From: Solirubrobacteraceae bacterium
GTDB lineage: Bacteria; Actinomycetota; Thermoleophilia; Solirubrobacterales; Solirubrobacteraceae
Reading direction: 5' to 3'
NCBI GenBank assembly: GCA_046330255.1
Contig: JAXLTC010000001.1
Span: 743,787 to 807,786 of the forward strand
Length of the DNA stretch: 64,000 bases
This document shows, one piece after another, positions 19,025-27,665 of the stretch. Made by a program: the position numbers and the translations under genes. How positions within the stretch are numbered: position 1 is the stretch's first letter; every line of letters starts with the position of its first letter. The notes under the pieces are model-generated. The model was not told where the DNA came from. It ran no database searches and worked only from the letters and a program-made list of their open reading frames with translations.

Positions 19025-19167
19025 GGCAATTCGCCCTCGCGGAGGGCGGGCTCTCCGCGAGAGTGCGATTTTCTCCGTATATCGAGATCAAATGCACTCT
19101 CGCGACACGGCCGCCGCCGAGCGGCTCCTTCGTTGCCGCCGTTCGCAACGACCCACGCCCGCGGGGG
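19025..19167 (+). repeat. structured intergenic element, copy B (5' arm degenerate)
   Basis: About 142 nt identical to 18831-18972 except for 2 substitutions, offset by 194 nt. Ends 58 nt before the GH-like gene start. Confidence 0.85.
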
Positions 19168-19224
19168 GACGCCCGCCGGGACCGGCGCGGCCGCCCGGCG
19201 CGTCATGGGAACATCCGCCGTCCC

Positions 19225-20385
19225 GTGCATCGACTCTTCTGGACAGCGGCACTCCTCGCCGGCCTGGCGCTCTCGGCGGCGTTCGCGGCGCCGGGTATCG
19301 CGGCTCCGGGCACGCGGGCCGCGGCTCCGTCCCAGGCCGACCCGATCTGCTCGGGCACGCTGGTGCCGGCGAGCGTCCCCTCACCGGGCCGCGCCCCGCG
19401 CCTGCGCATGGGCATCGGCCCCAACGGCGCCTCGGGCGCATCCGGTGCCGCGGTCGCGCCGGTGCCCGACGACCCCGCTCGCACGCTCGCGGCGCTCGCG
19501 CGCCTGCGCCCGCGCGGCGCGCCGCTCGTGCTGCGCCTGAACCGCTTCTTCTGGTCCGACGGCGAGCGCGGCCTGCGCCGCTTCCTCGCGCTGACCCGCC
19601 GCTACACCTCGCGCGGCTACCTGGTCGAGCTGCAGGTCCGCTACCACCCGTCGCCGCGCCAGGAGGGGGACATCCCGGCCTGGACCCGCTGGGTGCGCCG
19701 CGTCGTGCGGGCGTTCGGGCCTAACCGCCGGGTCGTGGGCCTGCAGATCGCCAACGAGGTCAACCTCACCTTCTCACCCGACTCCTCCGACGGCGCCTAC
19801 CGCGGAGCGCGCCAGGCCCTGGTCCAGGGCGTGATCGCCGCCAAGGACGAGGCCCGCCGCCGCGGCTTCCGGCAACTGACGGTCGGGTTCAACTGGTTCT
19901 TCCAGCTCGCGCCGGCGACCGAGGCCTCGTTCTGGGAGTCGATCCGCGCGGGCGGCCCGCGCTTCCGCGCCGCGCTCGACTGGGTCGGCCTCGACACCTA
20001 TCCGGGGACGTTCTTCCCGCTCTCGCTGCCACCGGCGCGGACCGGCGAGGGCATCCTCGCCGGGCTGAACACGCTGCGCGGCTGCTGGCTGCGCAGGGCC
20101 GGCATCCCGCGCTCGGTCCCGGTGCATGTCGAGGAGAACGGCTGGCCGACCGGCCCGGGCCGCAGCGAAGCCGACCAGGCCGTCGCGATGCGCTCCATGG
20201 TCGGCGCGGCGAACGCCGCGCGCCGCGCCTACCACGTGACCGACTACCGCTGGTTCAGCCTGCGCGACCACCGCACCTCCTCGCCCAACTTCCAGCACCA
20301 CTACGGGCTGCTGCGCGACGACTACTCGCCCAAGCCGGCGTTCGCGGTCTACAAGCGGCTGCTCGCGCGACTCGCAGGCCGCTGA
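19225..20385 (+). CDS. secreted clan GH-A-like (TIM-barrel) glycoside hydrolase, family unassigned
   Basis: GTG at 19225 gives the signal peptide HRLFWTAALLAGLALSAAFAAPG. Candidate acid/base IANEVN and nucleophile HVEENGWPT. C-terminal YGLLRDDYSPKPAF. Confidence 0.65.
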   Translation: MHRLFWTAALLAGLALSAAFAAPGIAAPGTRAAAPSQADPICSGTLVPASVPSPGRAPRLRMGIGPNGASGASGAAVAPVPDDPARTLAALARLRPRGAPLVLRLNRFFWSDGERGLRRFLALTRRYTSRGYLVELQVRYHPSPRQEGDIPAWTRWVRRVVRAFGPNRRVVGLQIANEVNLTFSPDSSDGAYRGARQALVQGVIAAKDEARRRGFRQLTVGFNWFFQLAPATEASFWESIRAGGPRFRAALDWVGLDTYPGTFFPLSLPPARTGEGILAGLNTLRGCWLRRAGIPRSVPVHVEENGWPTGPGRSEADQAVAMRSMVGAANAARRAYHVTDYRWFSLRDHRTSSPNFQHHYGLLRDDYSPKPAFAVYKRLLARLAGR

Positions 20386-20424
20386 GGGGGCCGGCCGGGC
20401 CGGGACCGCGCAGGCCGCCGGGCG

Positions 20425-20615
20425 CCGGGCGCCGCCAACGGCGGCAACGAAAGAGCCCTCGCCGGGCGGGCGAGAGACGCGTTCGACGTTTTGCACCGTA
20501 GTGGTGCTCAACGTCGCAAGGACCATCCGGCCGTCCCGCCATCCCGCCGGACCCGCCGACCAGCCGAGGCCACGCCGACGACCCCGGAGCCCCCTCCTTC
20601 CCCAGTCGCGATTCG
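20425..20615 (-). repeat. structured intergenic element, copy C (inverted orientation, more diverged)
   Basis: Contains AACGGCGGCAACGAAAGAGCCCTCGCCGGGCGG, the reverse complement of the conserved 3' block of copies A, B and D. Also an AT-richer core (GTTCGACGTTTTGCACCGTAGTGG) and a CTCCTTCCCCAGTCGCG arm. Alignment was done by eye. Confidence 0.55.
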
Positions 20616-20722
20616 CCAGGGCCGCGGCCTCGCCGACGACGCCCGGCAAACAGACGTCCGCACCTGACGACGCCGGCCGGCGTCGCCTGGCTCCCGCCCC
20701 GGCCCCGCCTAAGCTGACCGGG

Positions 20723-22168
20723 ATGGAGGGGCGCCTGCAGAACCTGCTGGGCGGCACCGAGCGGCCGTCGTTCCTCGCGGGCCTCGCGGTGGCGCTGTTG
20801 AGCATCGCGCTCGAGACGATCCTCGTCTTCCCGCTGCGCGACATCGCACCCGTGGTCTCGCTGGGCGTCGTCTACCTCGTCGGCGTACTGGTCCTCTCCG
20901 CCGGCTGGGGGCTGCGGCTGGGGCTCCTGACGGGGCTGCTCAGCGCCGCGGCCTTCAACTGGTTCCACATCCCGCCGACGGGGCGCTTCACGATCCGGGA
21001 GCCGGAGAACTGGGTGGCGCTTGGCGCGTTCCTGGTCGCCGCCGTGATCGCGAGCACGATCGCCCAGATCGCCCGCGCCCGGGCGCGGGAGGCCGAGGAG
21101 CGCCGGCGGGAGGCCGACCTCGCGGCGGAGATGGCGCGGCTGCTGCTGCGCGGGGGCGACCTCGTCGGCGGGCTCGCGACCGCCGCGCGCCGCCTGGCCG
21201 CGGCGCTCGAGCTGCCCTCCGCGGCGATCGAGCTGGAGCGGGTGGAGAGCGACGAGCGCAGCGTCGCCTTCCCGCTGCGCGAGGACCGCCGGCGCCTCGG
21301 GACGCTCGTCGTGCCCTCGGACTTGCCGGAGGGGACCCTGCGGCGGCTCCAGGAGCGGGTGGTCCCCGCGCTGGAGGCCCTGCTTGCGGCCGCGCTGGAG
21401 CGCGAGGCGCTGCACGCGGAGGTGGTCGAGACCGAGGCGCTGCGCCACAGCGACGTCGTGAAGACGGCGCTACTGCGCTCCGTCTCGCACGACCTGCGCT
21501 CGCCGCTGACCGCGATCGTCACCGCCGGTGACGCCCTGCGCGCCCCCGCTCTCGCCGACGAGGACCGGCGCGAGCTCGCCGCGGTCGTGAGCGAGGAAGC
21601 GCGCCGCCTCGCGCGGCTCATCGACAACCTGCTGGACCTCTCGCGCCTGGAGGCGGGGGTCGCCGAGCCGCACCGCTCGTGGTGCTCGGTCGAAGAGATC
21701 CTGCGCACGGCGGCCGAGGACACCGGCGCTCCACCGCGGGCGCTGCACTTCGCGCTCGACCGGGAGCTCCCGCCGGTGCGCGCCGACCCGGCCCAGCTCG
21801 AGCGCGCGCTCGCCAACGTGCTCGAGAACTCCGTCGCCCACTCCGGCGGCCACCCGGTGTCCGTCCGTGCGCGCGTGGTCGGCGATTGCCTCGTGGTGCG
21901 GATCGTCGACCGCGGACCGGGGATCCCGCCCGCGCAGCTCGAGCGCGTGTTCGAGCCGTTCTACACCGCGCAGTCGGCCGAGAGCGGACCCCGGCGCTCC
22001 GGCCTGGGGCTGGCGATCGCCCGCGGGTTCATCGCAGCCAACGGTGGGCACATAGCCGCGGAGTCGCTGCCCGGCCAGGGAACCACCTTCGTGGTGACGC
22101 TGCCCCTGCCGGCGCGCAGCGACGGCGGCGACGGGCAGCCGAGCGCGCAGGGCGCGCGGGTCTCGTGA
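20723..22168 (+). CDS. kdpD: KdpD C-terminal module: DUF4118 membrane domain + GAF-like + histidine kinase (split KdpD)
   Basis: ATG at 20723 (MEGRLQNLL). Four hydrophobic helices with the NWFHIPP motif of DUF4118. H-box SHDLRSPLTAI, N-box NVLENSVAH, G-boxes DRGPGI and GLGLAIARG. No KdpD N-terminal or Usp domain. Confidence 0.8.
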   Translation: MEGRLQNLLGGTERPSFLAGLAVALLSIALETILVFPLRDIAPVVSLGVVYLVGVLVLSAGWGLRLGLLTGLLSAAAFNWFHIPPTGRFTIREPENWVALGAFLVAAVIASTIAQIARARAREAEERRREADLAAEMARLLLRGGDLVGGLATAARRLAAALELPSAAIELERVESDERSVAFPLREDRRRLGTLVVPSDLPEGTLRRLQERVVPALEALLAAALEREALHAEVVETEALRHSDVVKTALLRSVSHDLRSPLTAIVTAGDALRAPALADEDRRELAAVVSEEARRLARLIDNLLDLSRLEAGVAEPHRSWCSVEEILRTAAEDTGAPPRALHFALDRELPPVRADPAQLERALANVLENSVAHSGGHPVSVRARVVGDCLVVRIVDRGPGIPPAQLERVFEPFYTAQSAESGPRRSGLGLAIARGFIAANGGHIAAESLPGQGTTFVVTLPLPARSDGGDGQPSAQGARVS

Positions 22169-22848
22169 GCGCGCAGCGCCGCGTCCTGGTATGCGACGAC
22201 GAGCCCCAGATCCTGCGCGCGCTGAAGGTCGTGCTGCGGGAGGCGGGCTTCGAGGTCGTCCCGGCCGCCACCGCCGAGGAGGCGCTCGATCGCGCCGCCG
22301 TGCGACCCCCGGAGGCGGCGATCCTCGATCTCGTGCTTCCCGACGGCGACGGCATCGAGGTCTGCCGGCGCCTGCGCGAGTGGACGGACATGCCGATCCT
22401 CGTGCTCTCCGCCGTCGGCGAGGAGGAGGAGAAGGTACGCGCGCTGGAGGCCGGAGCCGACGACTACGTCACCAAGCCGTTCGGGTCGCGCGAGCTGGTG
22501 GCACGGCTCGAGGCGGCTCTGCGACGCGTTGGCGCCGGCGCCGACGAGCCCGTCCTGCAGGTCGACGGACTCGAGGTGGACATCGCCTCCCGGGTCGTGC
22601 GCGCCGGCGGGGAGTCGGTCCACCTGACGCCGACCGAGTTCGAGCTGCTGCGCGTGCTGCTGCGTCACCGCGGACGGCTGCTGACCCATCGGACGCTGCT
22701 GGTCGAGGTCTGGGGACCGGAGTGGGCGGAGGACACCCACACGCTGCGCACGCACATCGCGAACCTGCGGGCGAAGATCGAGCCTGCGGGCGACGGGCCG
22801 CGCTTCATCCGCACCGATCCGGGCGTGGGCTACCGCTTCGCCGCCTGA
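22165..22848 (+). CDS. kdpE: OmpR-family response regulator KdpE
   Basis: GTG at 22165 overlaps the kinase stop (GTGA). Receiver domain (VCDDEP, LDLVLPDGDG, SAVGEE..KV.ALEAGADDYVTKPF) and winged helix (LTPTEFELLRVL, DPGVGYRF). Confidence 0.85.
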   Translation: MSAQRRVLVCDDEPQILRALKVVLREAGFEVVPAATAEEALDRAAVRPPEAAILDLVLPDGDGIEVCRRLREWTDMPILVLSAVGEEEEKVRALEAGADDYVTKPFGSRELVARLEAALRRVGAGADEPVLQVDGLEVDIASRVVRAGGESVHLTPTEFELLRVLLRHRGRLLTHRTLLVEVWGPEWAEDTHTLRTHIANLRAKIEPAGDGPRFIRTDPGVGYRFAA

Positions 22849-22909
22849 GCGCCGGGCCGCGGCGAGACGCCCGTCCCCGGGAGCGCGTCCTGTGGCGCGA
22901 TTCGTCGTG

Positions 22910-22958
22910 TTGACACGTTCTTGACGGCGGGGGCCTGCATCCGGGCACGCCCTTGACG
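22910..22958 (+). promoter_or_regulatory. candidate KdpE operator/promoter region: TTGAC(A/G) direct repeats
   Basis: TTGACA at 22910 and TTGACG at 22921, 11 bp apart (one helical turn, as for OmpR-type sites). A third TTGACG at 22953. No convincing -10 hexamer found. Confidence 0.3.
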
Positions 22959-22980
22959 CCCCGGCGCCCAGACTGGCCCC

Positions 22981-23061
22981 ATGGACATCCTCGCCGTCGC
23001 GCTCGCGCTCGCGTTCTTCGCGCTGATGTACCTCTTCGCCGACGGGCTGGGGAAGGTTTGA
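22981..23061 (+). CDS. 26-aa hydrophobic micro-ORF translationally coupled to kdpF (MDILAVALALAFFALMYLFADGLGKV)
   Basis: ATG at 22981. One predicted TM helix. Its TGA stop overlaps the TTG start of kdpF (TTGA). Below the ORF-track size cutoff. Confidence 0.35.
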   Translation: MDILAVALALAFFALMYLFADGLGKV

Positions 23062-23147
23062 GCGCCGCCGACGCCATCGGACTGGCCGTGTCGGCCGCCA
23101 TCTTCGCCTACCTCGTGTTCGCGCTGCTGCGCGGAGAGCGCCTGTAG
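23058..23147 (+). CDS. kdpF: K+-transporting ATPase subunit F
   Basis: 29 codons from TTG 23058 (SAADAIGLAVSAAIFAYLVFALLRGERL), which fits KdpF length and pattern. GGGGAAGG upstream. Ends 2 nt before kdpA. Confidence 0.7.
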   Translation: MSAADAIGLAVSAAIFAYLVFALLRGERL

Positions 23148-23149
23148 CG

Positions 23150-24883
23150 ATGACGATCGCGGGCTGGGCGCAGATCGCGCTCTTCGTGGCGCTGCTGACG
23201 GCGCTGACGCCGGTCATCGGCGCTTACATGGCGCGCGTCTACGACGGCGAGCGTCACGCGCTGGGCGCCGTGCTGGGCCCGCTCGAGCGCCTGACCTACC
23301 GGCTGCTGGGGCCCGCCGCCCGAGGCGAGCAGGACTGGAAGGGCTACGCGCGCTCGCTGCTGGCTTTCAGTGCCGCGTCCTGGCTGGGCCTCTACCTCGT
23401 GCTGCGGCTCCAGGGAAGCCTTCCCTGGAACCCGGAGGGCTTCGGCCCGATGCCGTGGGACGTCGCCTTCAACACCACCTCGTCGTTCGTGACCAACACG
23501 AACTGGCAGTACTACGCCGGCGAGACCACGCTGTCCTACTTCAGCCAGATGGCCGGTCTGGCGGTCCAGAACTTCGTGTCCGCCGCGGTCGGGATGGCCG
23601 CGGTCGTGGCGGTCATCCGCGGCATCGTTCGGCGTGGAGGCAGCGACCTGGGCAACTTCTGGGTCGACCTCACGCGAACGCTGCTCTACGTCCTGCTGCC
23701 GATCTCGCTCGTCGCGGCGATCTTCCTCGTCTCCCAGGGAACGCTGCAGACGCTCGACCCCTACGTCCACCTCCGGACGCTCACCGGCGGCTCGCAGACG
23801 CTCGCGCTGGGACCCGTCGCCTCGCAGGAGGCCATCAAGCAGCTCGGGACCAACGGCGGCGGGTTCTTCAACGTCAACTCGGCGATGCCGTTCGAGAACC
23901 CGAGCGCCCTCACCAACTTCGTGGAGATGCTCCTGATCCTCGTGATCCCGGCCGGCCTCACCGCGACGTTCGGGCGGATGGTCGGCAGCCGGCGGCAGGG
24001 TTGGACGCTCTACGCGGCCATGCTCCTGATGTTCGTCGCGGGGGTGGCGATCGTCTACGCGGCCGAGGCGCACGGGTCCCCCGCCCAGCACGCGGCCGGG
24101 ATCGCGGGCGTCAACCTCGAGGGCAAGGAGCAGCGGTTCGGCGCCGGCGGCTCCGCGCTGTGGGTGGCGGTCACCACCGTGGCCTCCTGCGGCGCCGTCA
24201 ACGCGGCGATGGAGTCGCTGACCGGGATCGGCGCCACCGTCCCGCTGGCCAACATGAGCACGGGCGAGGTGATCTTCGGCGGCACCGGCACCGGCCTGCT
24301 GTCGATGCTGCTCTTCGTGCTGCTCGCCGTGTTCATCGCGGGCCTGATGGTCGGGCGCACGCCCGAGCTGCTCGGCAAGAAGGTCGAGGCGCGCGAGATC
24401 AAGCTCGTGATGATCGGGACGCTGGCGATGCCCCTGATCGTGCTCACCGCGGTCTCGCTCGCCGTCGCGACGCGCTACGGGGCTCCCTCGAACTTCGCGT
24501 CCGGTCCGCAGGGCTTCACCGAGACGCTCTACGCCTACATATCCCAGACCAACAACAACGGATCTGCGTTCGCCGGCTACACCGGCTTCGTCCAGCCGAA
24601 CGCGCCGGGGAACGCGGGGAGCTACGGGATCACCTTCGCCGACCTGCTCGGGGGCTTCGCGATGCTCTTCGGGCGCTTCGTGCCGATCCTCGCGGGGCTC
24701 GCGATCGCCGGCGGCCTGGCCGGCAAGCGGGTCTCTCCGCCCGGCCCCGGGACCATGCGCACGGACACGCCCACGTTCGTGGTGCTGCTGATCGGGACGA
24801 TCCTGCTGCTCGCGCTGCTGACGTTCGTTCCGGCCCTGCTCCTCGGCCCCGTCGTCCAGGGCCTGACCGGACGGCTCTTCTGA
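23150..24883 (+). CDS. kdpA: K+-transporting ATPase subunit A
   Basis: 577 aa, starting [16 protein letters not shown]. KdpA selectivity-filter-like repeats (NTNWQ, TNGGGF, GTGLLSM, NNGSAF). Confidence 0.95.
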   Translation: MTIAGWAQIALFVALLTALTPVIGAYMARVYDGERHALGAVLGPLERLTYRLLGPAARGEQDWKGYARSLLAFSAASWLGLYLVLRLQGSLPWNPEGFGPMPWDVAFNTTSSFVTNTNWQYYAGETTLSYFSQMAGLAVQNFVSAAVGMAAVVAVIRGIVRRGGSDLGNFWVDLTRTLLYVLLPISLVAAIFLVSQGTLQTLDPYVHLRTLTGGSQTLALGPVASQEAIKQLGTNGGGFFNVNSAMPFENPSALTNFVEMLLILVIPAGLTATFGRMVGSRRQGWTLYAAMLLMFVAGVAIVYAAEAHGSPAQHAAGIAGVNLEGKEQRFGAGGSALWVAVTTVASCGAVNAAMESLTGIGATVPLANMSTGEVIFGGTGTGLLSMLLFVLLAVFIAGLMVGRTPELLGKKVEAREIKLVMIGTLAMPLIVLTAVSLAVATRYGAPSNFASGPQGFTETLYAYISQTNNNGSAFAGYTGFVQPNAPGNAGSYGITFADLLGGFAMLFGRFVPILAGLAIAGGLAGKRVSPPGPGTMRTDTPTFVVLLIGTILLLALLTFVPALLLGPVVQGLTGRLF

Positions 24884-25539
24884 TGGCGGGACGGGAGATC
24901 CGCGCCGCCGTCGTCGCCGTGGTCGGGTTCACGATCCTGCTCGGCCTCGCCTACCCGCTGGTCGTCACCGGGCTGGGCGGGCTGCTGTTCCCCGGCGCCG
25001 CCGGAGGCAGCCGCGTCAGCGCGGGCGGGCACGAGGTCGGGTCACGCCTGATCGGGCAGGGCTTCACCCGTCCGGTGCTGGGGCGCAACGGCCGGCCCAA
25101 GCGGGACTCCGACGGCAACCCCGTGCTCGTGGCGGACCGGCGCTACTTCCAGAGCCGGCCGTCGGCGACCGGCTACTCGGCCGACGCGACGGCGTTCTCA
25201 AACCTCGGTCCCAACTCGGTGGAGCTGCGCGGCCGGCTCGAGCGCAACGCCGCGGCCTACCTCGCGCTCGAGCGCCCGTACGACCACGCCCTGACCCGCG
25301 CGGACGTCCCCGGCGACGCCGTCTTCACCTCGGGGTCCAACGTCGACCCGCAGATCTCGACGGCCAACGCCCACATCCAGGCCCACCGCGTGGCGGCGGT
25401 CCGGCGCCTGCCGCTCGCCGAGGTGCTCGCTCAGGTGCGCGACCACACCGACGGGCGCGGGCTCGGCGTCCTCGGCGAGCCCGCGGTCAACGTGCTCGAG
25501 CTCAACCTCGCCCTCGACGGCATGGAGCGGCGGGGATGA
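24883..25539 (+). CDS. kdpC: K+-transporting ATPase subunit C
   Basis: The ATG overlaps the kdpA stop (TGATG). N-terminal TM segment. Motifs [26 protein letters not shown] and [11 protein letters not shown] as in E. coli KdpC. Confidence 0.9.
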   Translation: MAGREIRAAVVAVVGFTILLGLAYPLVVTGLGGLLFPGAAGGSRVSAGGHEVGSRLIGQGFTRPVLGRNGRPKRDSDGNPVLVADRRYFQSRPSATGYSADATAFSNLGPNSVELRGRLERNAAAYLALERPYDHALTRADVPGDAVFTSGSNVDPQISTANAHIQAHRVAAVRRLPLAEVLAQVRDHTDGRGLGVLGEPAVNVLELNLALDGMERRG

Positions 25540-27599
25540 CCGGGCGGTCCGGCCGCGGCCCGGCCGGGCGCGATGTCTTGGCGCCGGCGCTGCTCGACGC
25601 CGCGCGCAAGCTCGACCCGCGCGCGCTCGTGCGCAACCCGGTGATGTTCGTGGTCGAGATCGGCGCGGTCCTGACCACGGTGATCTGGGTGCTGGACCTC
25701 GCCGGAGCGCCGCTGTCGGGGACGGGCGACGACCCCGCGTGGTACGTGGTGACGGTCGCGGTCTGGCTGTGGCTCACCGTGCTCTTCGGCAACTTCGCCG
25801 AGGCGCTCGCGGAGGGGCGCGGGAAGGCGCAGGCCGCCTCGCTGCGCTCGATGCGCAGCGACACCGTCGCGCGCCTCGCCGACGGGACCGAGCGCTCCGC
25901 GAGCGAGCTGCGCCGCGGCGACGTGGTGATCGTCGAGACCGGCGAGCTGATCCCCGGAGACGGCACCGTCATCGAGGGCATCGCCTCCGTGGACGAGTCC
26001 GCGATCACCGGCGAGTCGGCGCCCGTCATCCGCGAGGCCGGCGGCGACCGCAGCGCCGTGACCGGCGGCACGCGCGTGCTCTCCGACCGCATCGTGGTCG
26101 AGATCACCCAGGAGCCCGGCGCGAGCTTCCTGGATCGCATGATCGGGCTGGTCGAGGGCGCCGACCGACGCAAGACGCCCAACGAGGTCGCGCTCGGCAT
26201 CCTGCTCGCCGGCCTGACGATCATCTTCCTGCTCGTGGTGGTGTCGCTGCGCCCGTTCGCGGCCGCGGCCGGGACCGTCGTGTCGTTCGCGACGCTCGTG
26301 TCGCTGCTCGTCGCGCTGATCCCGACCACGATCGGCGCGCTGCTCTCCGCGATCGGCATCGCGGGCATGGACCGGCTCGTGCGCCGCAACGTGCTCGCGC
26401 TCTCGGGGCGCTCGGTCGAGGCGTCGGGGGACGTCGACGTCCTGCTGCTCGACAAGACGGGGACGATCACGCTCGGCAACCGCCAGGCGACCGACCTGGT
26501 TCCGATGCCGGGAGTGCCCGAGGCCGAGCTGGCCGAGGCCGCGCAGCTCGCCTCGCTGGCGGACGAGACGCCCGAGGGGCGCTCGATCGTCGTGCTCGCC
26601 AAGCAGTACGGGATCCGCGAGCGCACGCTGGCGCCGGATCACGCCGAGTTCGTGCCGTTCAGCGCCGAGACCCGGATGAGCGGGGTCGACCTGGCGGGCC
26701 AGCGCCTGCGCAAGGGAGCCGGCGACGCGATCGAGCGCTTCGTGGCGACCGCGGGAGGATCTCCTCCCCCGGAGCTGCGCGTTGAGCTCGACCGCGTGGC
26801 GACGGAGGGCGGGACACCCCTGGCGGTAGCCCGCGACGAGCACGTGCTCGGCGTGGTCCACCTCAAGGACGTCGTCAAGGAGGGCATGCGCCACCGCTTC
26901 GACCAGCTGCGCGCGATGGGCATCCGGACGGTGATGGTCACGGGCGACAACCGCCTGACCGCCGCGAAGATCGGCGAGGAGGCGGGCGTCGACGACGTGC
27001 TCGCGGAGGCCACGCCCGAGGCGAAGCTGGCGCTGATCCGCCGCGAGCAGGAGCAGGGCCGGCTGGTGGCGATGACCGGCGACGGGACCAACGACGCGCC
27101 CGCGCTCGCCCAGGCTGACGTCGGGGTCGCGATGAACACGGGCACTCAGGCGGCGCGCGAGGCGGGAAACATGGTCGACCTCGACTCGAACCCCACGAAG
27201 CTGATCGAGATCGTCGAGGTCGGCAAGCAGCTGCTGATCACGCGCGGCGCGCTGACGACGTTCTCGATCGCGAACGACGTGGCCAAGTACTTCGCGATCC
27301 TGCCCGCGATCTTCGCCGCCACCTACGCCGCCGCCGGCGCCCGGCGCGGTCCGCTGGAGGCGCTCAACGTCATGGATCTCGGCAGCCCGCGGTCGGCGAT
27401 CATCTCGGCGATCGTCTTCAACGCGCTGGTGATCCCGGCGCTGGTCCCGCTCGCGCTGCGGGGCGTGCGCTACCGCGCCGCCGGAGCGACCGCCCTCCTG
27501 CGCCGCAACCTGCTCCTGTACGGGGTCGGCGGCCTGATCGCGCCCTTCGTCGGGATCAAGCTGATCGACCTGGTCATCCACAACCTGCTCGGGGCGTGA
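25536..27599 (+). CDS. kdpB: K+-transporting P-type ATPase subunit B
   Basis: The ATG overlaps the kdpC stop (ATGA). P-type motifs TGES, DKTGTIT, MVTGDN and [12 protein letters not shown]. 687 aa. Confidence 0.95.
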   Translation: MTGRSGRGPAGRDVLAPALLDAARKLDPRALVRNPVMFVVEIGAVLTTVIWVLDLAGAPLSGTGDDPAWYVVTVAVWLWLTVLFGNFAEALAEGRGKAQAASLRSMRSDTVARLADGTERSASELRRGDVVIVETGELIPGDGTVIEGIASVDESAITGESAPVIREAGGDRSAVTGGTRVLSDRIVVEITQEPGASFLDRMIGLVEGADRRKTPNEVALGILLAGLTIIFLLVVVSLRPFAAAAGTVVSFATLVSLLVALIPTTIGALLSAIGIAGMDRLVRRNVLALSGRSVEASGDVDVLLLDKTGTITLGNRQATDLVPMPGVPEAELAEAAQLASLADETPEGRSIVVLAKQYGIRERTLAPDHAEFVPFSAETRMSGVDLAGQRLRKGAGDAIERFVATAGGSPPPELRVELDRVATEGGTPLAVARDEHVLGVVHLKDVVKEGMRHRFDQLRAMGIRTVMVTGDNRLTAAKIGEEAGVDDVLAEATPEAKLALIRREQEQGRLVAMTGDGTNDAPALAQADVGVAMNTGTQAAREAGNMVDLDSNPTKLIEIVEVGKQLLITRGALTTFSIANDVAKYFAILPAIFAATYAAAGARRGPLEALNVMDLGSPRSAIISAIVFNALVIPALVPLALRGVRYRAAGATALLRRNLLLYGVGGLIAPFVGIKLIDLVIHNLLGA

Positions 27600-27665
27600 G
27601 CCGGCATGTCGCCGCGCCGCGACGCCTGAGGGCGGCCGGGGTCGCGGCCCCGCCATCATCCCGTC

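Noticed and set aside
18894-19148. Small ORFs inside the repeat elements (for example 18894..19148, 18939..19724, 52047..52253 and 52037..52294, sharing RTAATK or PPFATT peptides)
   Set aside because: Copies A and B are offset by 194 nt, which is not a multiple of 3, so they are read in different frames. Copy D conserves only about 6 residues, and indels break the frame. The conservation is at the nucleotide and structure level.
18831-19167. CRISPR array or DGR template/variable repeat pair
   Set aside because: There are only two copies, about 142 nt long with a 52-nt spacer, far from CRISPR geometry. No cas gene or reverse transcriptase lies in the window. The two mismatches (G/C and G/A) are not an adenine-specific pattern.
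20386-20722. Second c-di-AMP riboswitch upstream of the kdp genes, as occurs in some Firmicutes
   Set aside because: I looked for the GGGGACCCA, GGGGYGAAUC and AGCUAACC blocks upstream of kdpD-C and kdpF on both strands and found none. The gap is occupied by repeat copy C instead.
22953-23147. 64-aa ORF from ATG 22953 as the kdpF gene
   Set aside because: The N-terminal 35 residues are Arg-rich and unlike KdpF. A 29-codon TTG-initiated version with an upstream GGGGAAGG matches KdpF length and hydrophobic pattern.
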